From a virus, in the IMG/VR virus record IMGVR_UViG_3300027833_000013, positions 1 to 64,000 of that record: DNA of 64,000 bases; one strand, written 5' to 3'. The translations under genes and the position numbers were made by a program. The notes beneath the pieces were generated by a model that was not told where the DNA came from, did not search any database, and saw nothing but the letters and a program-made list of their open reading frames with translations. Positions within the stretch are counted from its first letter, which is position 1; each line of letters opens with the position of its first letter. Positions 19,371-29,100 of the stretch are shown here, one piece after another.

Positions 19371-20812
19371 TGTCTCAACACTTTTATGACGGCCAAGTAA
19401 GACGATATATTACCCAGATGGTAAGAATGATGAGTAATTTTTCTTATAAAGATGGCAATGGCACAGAAGTAGTTGTGCCTGTATTATATGGTGACTTGAC
19501 TAGACAAGTAGCAAGTATTATTAAAGGTAATTCTGAAAATAAAATACCAAGTGCTCCGAGAATGGCTGTATATATTACAGCATTAGCAATTGACAGAGAC
19601 CGTACTAGTGATGCAAGTTATGTAAGTAAAGTTAATGTTAGAGAAAAAGCATACGACGAAACTGGTAACGAGTATTTAAATTACGAAGGAAAGAATTATA
19701 CAGTTGAACGATTAATGCCAACACCATATACACTTACAGTTAATGTGGATATTTGGACAACAAATACTGATCAAAAGTTACAATTACTTGAACAAATTTT
19801 AATGTTGTTTAATCCTAGTTTAGAAATACAAACAACAGATAATTATATCGACTGGACTAGCTTAACTACTGTTACACTTGACAATGTAAACTTTAGTTCT
19901 AGAGGTATTCCTGTAGGCATTGACGATCAGATTGACGTTGCTACACTAACATTTACTTCACCGATATATATTAGTCCTCCAGTTAAAGTTAAGCGCCTTG
20001 GTGTAATTACAAATATTATTACTAGTATATTTGACGAATCACAAGGCACTGTAGAATTAGGATTATCTGCTCCTATTATTAATGCATTTGATGATGCAAG
20101 TGTGCCCGGTGCTGTTGATAAAAACGGTAGTAGGATTGCAGAAACTACAAACACTAAAATTGCAGTTACTACTAATTACCAAGGGTATGACGCATATGTA
20201 GATGGCACAGTTGTTAAACTATTAGACAAAGGTATAATTGGACAAACTAGCTGGCGGAATGTATTAGACTCGCATCCAGGACAATACCAAGATGGTATTA
20301 GTAGAATATATCTTAACAAACTTGACACTGATACATCCATTACAGGAACTTTTGCATTAAATCCATTAGATGAAACTCAAATTGTTGTTGATTGGGATAC
20401 TGATACATTCCCAGCAAATACAGTAATAACTAGTGCTGACAGGGCTTCAGGTTCGTTAACATCTATTGATTATATTATTGATCCTACTAAGACGTTCCCT
20501 GCTAGTAAACAACAAGGTACTAGAGTGCTACTCCTTGGAGCAATAGGCGATGCATCTAATACAGATGGTGCTGATGCTTGGAAAAACTATGATAATACCG
20601 ATTTAGTTGCTAGTGAAAACGATATTATCGAATGGAGCGGAACTTCTTGGAGTGTAATATGGGATGCCTCTGCAACTGTTAATAAAACTACAATAACATA
20701 TACTACTAACTTGAACACAGGTGTGCAATACCGATGGAACGGTGAAGACTGGCTTCTAAGTGTCGAGGGACAGTATCCACAAGGTACTTGGAGAGTTGCA
20801 CTAAACGGATAA
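19370..20812 (+). CDS. 15: Tail terminator/sheath stabiliser, gp15-like, with C-terminal extension
   Basis: HFYD.Q+RRY, VPV.YG, PRM, MPTPY.L...+DIW......Q+LEQIL..FNP. Confidence 0.8.
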   Translation: MSQHFYDGQVRRYITQMVRMMSNFSYKDGNGTEVVVPVLYGDLTRQVASIIKGNSENKIPSAPRMAVYITALAIDRDRTSDASYVSKVNVREKAYDETGNEYLNYEGKNYTVERLMPTPYTLTVNVDIWTTNTDQKLQLLEQILMLFNPSLEIQTTDNYIDWTSLTTVTLDNVNFSSRGIPVGIDDQIDVATLTFTSPIYISPPVKVKRLGVITNIITSIFDESQGTVELGLSAPIINAFDDASVPGAVDKNGSRIAETTNTKIAVTTNYQGYDAYVDGTVVKLLDKGIIGQTSWRNVLDSHPGQYQDGISRIYLNKLDTDTSITGTFALNPLDETQIVVDWDTDTFPANTVITSADRASGSLTSIDYIIDPTKTFPASKQQGTRVLLLGAIGDASNTDGADAWKNYDNTDLVASENDIIEWSGTSWSVIWDASATVNKTTITYTTNLNTGVQYRWNGEDWLLSVEGQYPQGTWRVALNG

Positions 20813-20820
20813 CTATTTTT

Positions 20821-21261
20821 ATGAAAGAAATAGTCTGTAGCGGTGCATTATTCTATAGTTTAAAAACAAAAAGATTTCTCTTTTTGCATCGGTCTAATGG
20901 TAAGCATAATAATTTATGGGGATTAGTCGGCGGCACTAACGAGGGTGCTGAAACACCTTGGGAAGGCTTACAACGAGAAATCTCTGAAGAAATAGGTACG
21001 CTGCCACCTATTACTAAAACAATGCCTCTCGAAACATTTGTATCCACCGACAGTAAATTTTCCTTTCATACATATCTATGTGTAATTGAGGAGGAGTTTA
21101 TACCTGATCTTAATACAGAACACGACGGCTATGCTTGGGTAAGTTTTAGTAAGTGGCCAAAACCATTGCACCACGGATTGCGCAACACCCTTCAAAGTAA
21201 AATTAGTTTAAACAAGCTAGAAACTGTATTTAAAGTTATTGATTTACTTGACAAATCTTAA
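20821..21261 (+). CDS. NUDIX hydrolase
   Basis: Nudix box GG..E..ET...GL.REI.EEIG; LN.EH..Y.W; probable start at ATG 20821. Confidence 0.85.
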   Translation: MKEIVCSGALFYSLKTKRFLFLHRSNGKHNNLWGLVGGTNEGAETPWEGLQREISEEIGTLPPITKTMPLETFVSTDSKFSFHTYLCVIEEEFIPDLNTEHDGYAWVSFSKWPKPLHHGLRNTLQSKISLNKLETVFKVIDLLDKS

Positions 21262-21276
21262 CTAATCAAGTATAAT
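21248..21276 (+). promoter_or_regulatory. Perfect sigma70 consensus promoter for the heptose operon
   Basis: TTGACA (21248-21253), 17 nt, TATAAT (21271-21276); ATG 6 nt downstream. Confidence 0.9.
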
Positions 21277-21282
21277 AACACT

Positions 21283-22422
21283 ATGAAAGTATTAGTTCTC
21301 GGCGATGTAATAATCGACAAATATATTTACGGCACTTCAGAACGTTTAAGTCCTGAGGCTCCTGTTCCTGTGGTTAAATATCAACGCGAAGTTGAAACAC
21401 TAGGTGGTGCCGGGCTTGTACATAAAAATTTGCTTAGTTTAGGGGTTGATTCTACACTATTTGAAACTGAACAACTTAGCAGTATTAAAACTAGAGTAAT
21501 TTGTGACGGACATTACGTCACACGTATTGACGATGATAAACATGCAGACAGTACATCAGTATTAGAAACTATAGAATTACATGACTTTTCAGAATATGAG
21601 TATGTAATACTAAGTGATTATAATAAAGGTGTGTTAGACGAGTCACTTGAAATTATCGAACACATTAACAAATTTAATTGTAAAATAATTGTAGATCCTA
21701 AAGAACATGCAAATCAGTATAAAGACGCATGGTTAATAAAACCTAACAACAGCGAATTTACTAAGTTTGGATTTAATGATTGGCAAGGTAATATTATTAC
21801 AACCAATGCAGGCGGCAATGTAACTGCTACAATAGATAATACAGAATACAATATTCCAGTTGAGGCTGTAGAAGTAAGTGATGTCACCGGTGCAGGAGAT
21901 TGTTTCCTAGCCGCATTTGTGTATGGCCTAACAAAGCAATACACCTACAAGCATTGTTTAGAACTTGCTATCAAAGGATCTAGAGAAGCAGTTAAGCATG
22001 TAGGCACATACACACTTACAGTAACCGATATCGAAGATACTATTGTGTTTACTAATGGTGTATTTGATATATTACATATCGGACACTTAAAGCTTCTTAG
22101 CCATGCCAAAACACTAGGTAATCGCTTAGTAGTGGGCATTAATAGCGATTCCAGTGTTAAGCGATTAAAAGGTGATTTAAGACCCATTAACGGACAAGAC
22201 ACCCGCAAGGAAAGCCTGTTAATGCTTGGTTTTGTAGACGAGGTAATAGTGTTTGACGAAGACACTCCGTTAGAAACAATCACCAAATTAGAGCCATATA
22301 TTATAGTTAAAGGCGGTGACTATATTCCGTCTACTGTTGTAGGAAACGAACTAGCCAAAGTGGTTATATTTCCTACAATCGAAGGTCACAGTACTACACA
22401 AATAATAGAAGCAAGTAAATGA
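21283..22422 (+). CDS. hldE: Bifunctional heptose-7-phosphate kinase / heptose-1-phosphate adenylyltransferase
   Basis: GDV++D.Y..G...RLSPEAPVPV, LSDYNKG, DVTGAGD (PfkB family) plus FTNG.FDILHIGH, G+NSDSSV.RLKG..RPI, KGGDY, STT. Confidence 0.93.
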   Translation: MKVLVLGDVIIDKYIYGTSERLSPEAPVPVVKYQREVETLGGAGLVHKNLLSLGVDSTLFETEQLSSIKTRVICDGHYVTRIDDDKHADSTSVLETIELHDFSEYEYVILSDYNKGVLDESLEIIEHINKFNCKIIVDPKEHANQYKDAWLIKPNNSEFTKFGFNDWQGNIITTNAGGNVTATIDNTEYNIPVEAVEVSDVTGAGDCFLAAFVYGLTKQYTYKHCLELAIKGSREAVKHVGTYTLTVTDIEDTIVFTNGVFDILHIGHLKLLSHAKTLGNRLVVGINSDSSVKRLKGDLRPINGQDTRKESLLMLGFVDEVIVFDEDTPLETITKLEPYIIVKGGDYIPSTVVGNELAKVVIFPTIEGHSTTQIIEASK

Positions 22423-22967
22423 AAATTATAGATAACGCATTAAACAAAGAACAATTTAACGAACTTACAAACGTCATGTTAGGTCCGCAATTTCCGTGGC
22501 ATTATACTGATGCAGTTGTTGCTGAAAAAGCATTTGATACAGAAAAATATCAAATCCAATTTGTACATCAATTACACGAAAACATGGGGCCAACTACAGA
22601 TATGGATACGTTTAATCTTATGTGGAGGTTCTTTGAACTACTCCAGCCTTTACAGTTAATTAGAATAAAAGCAAACTTGCTACCAGTTGCTGATAAGATA
22701 ATAGAACACGGATATCACGTAGATACTATTGTGCCTGGTGCACTAACTGCTATATTTTATTTAAATAGTAATAACGGTGAAACTAGATTTGAAGGTCACC
22801 GTGACGTAGTAGAAAGTAAAGCAAACAGACTTGTAATCTTTCCCGCTACTTGGAAACATACTGGTACAACATGCACTGATTCGAAAACACGGTGTGTGAT
22901 TAACTTTAACTATATTCCGTATCCAGGAAAAGACTTTAAGCTATTAGAATTAGAGGAGAAATTATGA
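22419..22967 (+). CDS. 2OG-Fe(II) oxygenase-like protein
   Basis: RIKANL, HVD, TAIFYLN..NG.T, NR+VIF....H.G, R.VINFN. Confidence 0.8.
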   Translation: MKIIDNALNKEQFNELTNVMLGPQFPWHYTDAVVAEKAFDTEKYQIQFVHQLHENMGPTTDMDTFNLMWRFFELLQPLQLIRIKANLLPVADKIIEHGYHVDTIVPGALTAIFYLNSNNGETRFEGHRDVVESKANRLVIFPATWKHTGTTCTDSKTRCVINFNYIPYPGKDFKLLELEEKL

Positions 22968-23755
22968 GATTTATAGCGGCAATGGACCACAGTGGTGGAT
23001 CAACAGGCGGCGTGTTAGAGCGTTACGAGCAAGCCTACACTGAAGAAAATAAAATGGATTTAGTTCATCAAATGCGATTGCGAATGATAAATTCTCCATT
23101 ATTTAACGGTGATAATATTTGGGCGGCAATACTTTATACAGATTCAATTAACCGTGGAATTGTGGAAATACTTAGAGATAAAGGTATCGAAAGTTATGTT
23201 AAAATTGATAATGGATGTGAAGAAGATGGCACACTAAAACCATTTGGTGTAGAAGCTATGATCGAGTTTGCACACGAGAACGATTGCACCGGTACTAAGA
23301 TGCGTAGTATTGTTACAAGTAGTGCGATGGTTAATCCTATATTAAAACAACAATTTGAAATGGCGCAAATGATTGCGCAAAATGGATTAACTCCTATTGT
23401 AGAGCCAGAGGTTCCGATAGATCATCCCGACAAGCGAGATATTGAAATATTACTACGTCATTCTATAGAACCTTACCTAGATGAGTTTACCGGACAAGTT
23501 ATTTTAAAACTTACTATACCCGATGAACAAAATTTATACCAAGAATTGTCACAACACGCAAACGTAAAGAAAGTAGTTGGACTTAGTGGCGGATATACAA
23601 CAACCCAAGCAGTAAGCAAACTTAGTCAACAATTAGACATGAGTGCAAGTTTTAGTCGTGCATTAAGTGAAGGCTTATATGCATCACAATCTGATTCAGA
23701 ATTTAATAAACGTATTAGTACCAATATTAAACGAATCGAAGGCGCTAGTTCATGA
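22964..23755 (+). CDS. Class I fructose-bisphosphate aldolase (bacterial Fda type)
   Basis: FIAA+D.SGGST, K+D.G, GTKMRS, PI+EPEV, +LKLT+P, VV.LSGGY, ASFSRAL.EGL. Confidence 0.9.
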   Translation: MRFIAAMDHSGGSTGGVLERYEQAYTEENKMDLVHQMRLRMINSPLFNGDNIWAAILYTDSINRGIVEILRDKGIESYVKIDNGCEEDGTLKPFGVEAMIEFAHENDCTGTKMRSIVTSSAMVNPILKQQFEMAQMIAQNGLTPIVEPEVPIDHPDKRDIEILLRHSIEPYLDEFTGQVILKLTIPDEQNLYQELSQHANVKKVVGLSGGYTTTQAVSKLSQQLDMSASFSRALSEGLYASQSDSEFNKRISTNIKRIEGASS

Positions 23756-24579
23756 AAATACTAATTACAGGAAGTGACGGGTTTATTGGGCAAAATCTTG
23801 TAACACATCTTATGAAGGAAGGTCACGGTGTTGCCAAATATGAGTATATTGAAAATGTAGTACCTGACTGTAGTCAATTTGATAAAGTTATACACATGGG
23901 TGCAATTAGTAGTACAACTGAAACTGATGTTGAAAAAGTAATGACACAGAATTTAGACTTTAGTACTAGGTTATTACAAGTATGTGACATGCAAGGTGTA
24001 GATTTAATTTACGCATCAAGTGCAAGTGTGTATGGGCCTACAGACCATTTTACCGAAGACGGAATACTATTACCACAAAGTCCATATGCTTGGAGCAAAT
24101 ACTTGTTTGACCGTGATGTACAAAAACTAGGATGGGGCGAGTATCAGTGTCGTGTTCAAGGATTACGATTCTTCAACGTGTATGGCGAACACGAAGATCA
24201 TAAAGGCTTTCAAATGAGTGTGTTCCATAAGTTTAAAGAACAAGCTATTGCAAATGGAAAAATACATCCATTTGCAGGTAGTGATGAAATATGCAGAGAC
24301 TTTGTATACGTAGGTGACATCTGTAAAATTATTTCTAAGATGTTAGATATTGACTCTAGTGGTATATGGAATGTAGGCACAGGAGAAGCAACTAGCTTCG
24401 GAAGTGTTGCTAAAAGTGTTGCTAAAAAGTACAATGCTACTATAGAAGAAATACCAATTCCTGATAGTGTTAAGAATCAGTATCAAAGTTTTACACAAAG
24501 TAATAATGATAAATTATTAAACACAATAGGTGAATTTAAATTCACTACACCCTTTGAATGGATTGAGGAGAAACTATAA
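23752..24579 (+). CDS. hldD: ADP-L-glycero-D-manno-heptose 6-epimerase
   Basis: ITG..GFIG.NL, H.GAISSTTE, YASSASVYG, YAWSK, LRFFNVYG..E.HKG...SV, RDFVYV.D, YQSFT. Confidence 0.88.
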   Translation: MKILITGSDGFIGQNLVTHLMKEGHGVAKYEYIENVVPDCSQFDKVIHMGAISSTTETDVEKVMTQNLDFSTRLLQVCDMQGVDLIYASSASVYGPTDHFTEDGILLPQSPYAWSKYLFDRDVQKLGWGEYQCRVQGLRFFNVYGEHEDHKGFQMSVFHKFKEQAIANGKIHPFAGSDEICRDFVYVGDICKIISKMLDIDSSGIWNVGTGEATSFGSVAKSVAKKYNATIEEIPIPDSVKNQYQSFTQSNNDKLLNTIGEFKFTTPFEWIEEKL

Positions 24580-24998
24580 TGACAGAACACCCTACAAGGC
24601 TTGAGGGCAAAGTAGACAAAGGCTGGGGATACGAAATCATCTGGGCAACCAATGACAAGTATTGCGGTAAAATTATGGTCTTTGAAAAGAAAGGCAACAA
24701 ATTTAGTATGCACTTCCACAAAGACAAAGACGAAACATGGTTTGTAAATACAGGAAGTTTTATTGTTAGGTGGTTAGACACTAAAACTGCTACATTGTTT
24801 ACACATACATTGACTGAGGGAATGACTTGGCACAATCCGCCATTGCGTCCGCATCAGCTAGAGGCACTAGAAGACGACAGTAGTATAACTGAGGTTAGTA
24901 CGCCCGACAGTGTTGAAGATAATTATAGAATTATTCCAGGCGACAGTCAAGCCGGTATGCATGAAGAAATAACAGGAAAGGTTATTACAGATGAGTAA
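24579..24998 (+). CDS. Cupin, mannose-6-phosphate isomerase-like
   Basis: V.K.WG.E, S+HFH..K.E.W.V..G, P...HQL.A, E+STPD. Confidence 0.75.
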   Translation: MTEHPTRLEGKVDKGWGYEIIWATNDKYCGKIMVFEKKGNKFSMHFHKDKDETWFVNTGSFIVRWLDTKTATLFTHTLTEGMTWHNPPLRPHQLEALEDDSSITEVSTPDSVEDNYRIIPGDSQAGMHEEITGKVITDE

Positions 24999-25638
24999 TC
25001 CGTCAATAGTTTGGAGCAATGATGTAGACATCGAAGCGTTAAAAGAATTTTACAAACCTGATTATATTGCACCAAAGTGCGTAATTGGACTAGACCGAGA
25101 CGGCGTTATTAATGTAGACATTGGTGATTACGTTTATAAAGTTGAAGATTGGGAGTTTGAAGAAGGTAGCTTAGATGCTATTGTTAAGATTCGCAAACTC
25201 GGACATAAAATTGTTATTATTACAAATCAAGGCGGTATTGCAAAAGGTTTATATACTGAGCAAGACGTTGATAAAGTTCATGAACATATGTTTCAAAAAC
25301 TCGGCGAAGCAGGTTGTCCTAGTATCGACGGATTATACTATAGTGCATGTAGTCATAAGTCAGATATGTATGCAAAGCCAAATGCAGGAATGTTTAAACG
25401 TGCTGAGAAAGAAATTCCGCATGTAAAATTTAAGCATGGGTATTATGCAGGCGACAGACTTAGAGATTTAAAAGCCGCTATGAAAGTAGGTGCAAGACCT
25501 GTGTTAATACGCACTGGTCATGGCATTGAAACTGAAGAATTAATCAACAGTCGTTTTTCATATAAAAAAATTGCAAAAGCAATGTTAGCATTTGATAATT
25601 TGGCAGCATTTGCTGATTATCTAGAAACTGCACACTAA
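24991..25638 (+). CDS. gmhB: D,D-heptose 1,7-bisphosphate phosphatase
   Basis: HAD motif LDRDGVIN, ITNQ.GI.KG, C.H, KP..GM, GD..RD+.AA, ++RTG.G. Confidence 0.88.
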   Translation: MSNPSIVWSNDVDIEALKEFYKPDYIAPKCVIGLDRDGVINVDIGDYVYKVEDWEFEEGSLDAIVKIRKLGHKIVIITNQGGIAKGLYTEQDVDKVHEHMFQKLGEAGCPSIDGLYYSACSHKSDMYAKPNAGMFKRAEKEIPHVKFKHGYYAGDRLRDLKAAMKVGARPVLIRTGHGIETEELINSRFSYKKIAKAMLAFDNLAAFADYLETAH

Positions 25639-26192
25639 TGATTATAGTACGTGATGATCTAATCCCAGCTGAAATACAAGATTATCTACATATGCAAGTT
25701 TTTGGAAGTACAGATATTAATGCTATGCTTCCTTTAACTTGCAAAGTAGAACCTACGGCGTTTGATGGCGAAAATGAACTACCTGTTAGTTTCCAACATG
25801 TATTTAAAAGTAGTACTACTAACACTGACCATTTTGGTAATTTTAGTAAAGTTCCTCAAATTGTATTTGAAAAATTAGAAATGAATCTAATTGATATAAT
25901 ACAAGCACGACTGTTTATTACAGTGCCGCATAAGACTAAACTTCCTCACTACAAACCACATACAGATTTACCCTTACCTCATTTAGCACTAATATATTAT
26001 GTAAATGACTCAGACGGAGATACTGTATTCTTTGAAGATAAGACAATAGAAAATAACTTTAAACTAGTAGAGAGACAACGGGTATCTCCTAAAAAAGGCC
26101 GAGTTGTATTGTTTGACGGGAGTCATTTACACGCTGGCGGATACCCAACTGATGTGCCTAGGTGTATTGTAAATTACAACATACACGCTTAG
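25638..26192 (+). CDS. 2OG-Fe(II) oxygenase-like protein
   Basis: PHTD, +IYYVNDSDGDT, PKKGR.VLFDG...HAG, R..+NYN. Confidence 0.8.
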   Translation: MIIVRDDLIPAEIQDYLHMQVFGSTDINAMLPLTCKVEPTAFDGENELPVSFQHVFKSSTTNTDHFGNFSKVPQIVFEKLEMNLIDIIQARLFITVPHKTKLPHYKPHTDLPLPHLALIYYVNDSDGDTVFFEDKTIENNFKLVERQRVSPKKGRVVLFDGSHLHAGGYPTDVPRCIVNYNIHA

Positions 26193-29100
26193 GCCTGCGC
26201 TTCGCCCCATCTAAGAATAATATTTCCAACTACATCACTACCTGTAGTTTTGTAAATATTAATAGCAAGTACGTCTGGTCCATTTGGGAATGTACCTCTG
26301 CCACCTAACGTAGTATTTGTAAGTTCTTTTAGACTTGTAAGATCTAATGAAGCTCTTTCATTAGGCGTTGAAATAAATGATAGTACAGTTTCGCCTGGTT
26401 GGGCAAACGGTGGTTGCACAAACTGTAATATAATAGTGCCAGAGGATGCAGGAAACGAGCCAATCATTGCATTGTTAAACGTTAATTCATAAAAGCTAGT
26501 TCCAGCAAAGTTTTGTATTGCAATGTTGTTAACCAATGTACCTGAGGGGAACTCTGGACTAGTTGTATTGCCAGATATAGCAGTACCGTTGGCGCCGCCT
26601 GATGCTTCCCAACTTGCTGCCGATACAAACACACTGTTAGTATTTGAAACTGTCCCGCCCTTTGTTAATGTCATGTGATTAGATGTGTTAGCACTTACAG
26701 AACCTGATAGCCTTCTACTTAATCTAAAGTATCCGTAATTACCAGTCTGGTTCATATATGCATCCGAAACTGTTGTGTTAGATCGAATGTTAGATCCAGT
26801 TATTGGCACACCAATAACTGATTCAGTTTCATATGTTCCAAATGTAGCTCTAAAGTCAACAGCACTTACATACAAGTATTGACTATTGTTACCTGAATTA
26901 TACTGTCCACTATCTAATACTGCATTGATTGGATTAAGAGCAGTAATTGTAGTTTCTGTCGCAGCCGCACCAGTTGACCACGTAATACCAGCACCTGACG
27001 CAATCTGCGCAAAGCTAGGTTGTCCACCTTGCGCAAGTCCAGACAATCCTGTCCAGTTAACTAGTGACGGGTTAGTTGGATAGTTTTGTGGATTAAGCAC
27101 CCCTTCAACAACAATACCTCCTGTGCTAGTTTCTGATGTAATTTCTAATCCTGTTAATAGCAACTGTGCTCTATTAAGTAATTCTCTATCACCTAAATCG
27201 CCTACAATAGCGTTACTAACACTAGGTGCAAGTCTAATCATAAATGCTGTTTGTTTTGTTGTACTAACTGTAATGCCTTGTTCAGCGTATGAGAAAATAT
27301 AACCACGATCTTCATCAAAGCCGCCGTCTGTAATAAACGCACTACCCCAGTGACTAATCAAAGGAGTTGTTGTATTACTAACTAACACAACTCCAACTTT
27401 TGCATTATGCCCATCTGCAACACCGGCAGTATATGTTCTTGATGCACCAGCTTGAAAGTTTGTTAATGAAGCTCCTCTAGAACACCCAGTTAATGTATTA
27501 GCAGTTTCATCTCTGCCGGTATATGTTATAAGTTCATTGTCAATGTATAATGTACCCGCATCAGGAAAGAAGTCTACATCGTCAAGTGTTAATGTAGTAT
27601 CACTTGATAATACTGCATTTTGCAAACGTCCCATTGCTCCTTCATTAGTAATTTCATAACGTACTGGCAAGTTACCTGAACGCATAAACGCTTCTGTATT
27701 GATGTTTGAGTTACGCATTCTGTGTGCATATACAAAGTTACCATCTGCGCCACGTACCATAAAGTCAATAAAACCAGCACCATACCAAGAATATTCAATT
27801 CCAATCATTTGCATTTTTGAAGTATCAATTTCATATCCACTTGGTCCAGTACCGTCCATTCTATCTAAGTTAAAGTCCGATTGTCTAACTTTCTTATCAC
27901 TTACTAAACATACCTTTGCACCTTGTGCAGTATTAACTCCGCGGTAATCTGGTGTAACATTAACCTCTGTTTGGCTATTAACATGCGCAACAACGTGTGT
28001 CATTCCTCTAATAACAATTCTATCGCCTGTTTTTAATTGGTCTTGGAATCGTGTATTTGTTCCAGTTAATACGTTTGTATCTGGAGCAATCGTTGCAGTG
28101 CCTGCAACTTGTTTTGTTGATGTTCTCTGATTTACTAATAAATTTGTGCCGTCATATTCCCAATAAATTCCGTTTTGGTCGTCAAACACCCCTGATCGAA
28201 CTGTTGCACCATGCCACGTATCTGTTGATACTTGGCAATTGAAACTTAATGATCCTGTAGTATTCCCTAATCTTAAATTAGCAGTTATTTCAAAAGTACG
28301 TTCGTCAATGATGTCATTTACAATGTATGTACTATTATAACCAGCAGTGTCAACACCGACAATTTTGATGCCTGCGCCAATCTGCAATCCGTGATCGTTA
28401 TCGTCACATGTTACAGTAATAGTCGATCCTGTTTCTAATCCAGATGATGTTATGCTACGTAAATCGTAACTTGGGGCAAATAACGCACCAGTTGTATACA
28501 TAATGCCCTTACCTGATTGGTAACGAATATACTTTTTACTTTGACGTATTGCCTGCGCCCCGTGTTGTGGACCACCTGTGCCTAATTGCACACCACCGTC
28601 ATATGGTCTGTGTATAAAGAAGCTGTCTGGTCTAGGATACACAGTAGCGTTAACAATATTAGTAGCATCTGTAACAATTGCACCAACTGCACGAGCTGTG
28701 TAGTCTAGTGTTGTTTTAGTAGGTATTGCAACTGCTAAGAATGATCCAGCCGCTAAGTTGTGATTATTTGAGTTATCATCACTGGATACTGTTGTAATAA
28801 ATGTATCGCCAGGTACTAATCCATGCGGACTACTAAATGTGATTCTCATAGTAGCTAGTGCTTCAAACGTAATATTTGCAAGTAAAGCTAATTCTGCGGT
28901 TACTGCCGCATCAATAGTAACGGTTGAATACAGTGCCAAATCGTCGCCGGCATATGCATCGCCAATGGCAGTATATGTTACAATTGCGCCAGCACTATCA
29001 ATCGATGCAACTTGAATTTCGACATCGTGGGTACTAGGTGATCCTCCTAAACTGCCGCCACCTATAAGCAATCGGTTGCCTACAGCATAGCCAGATCCCG

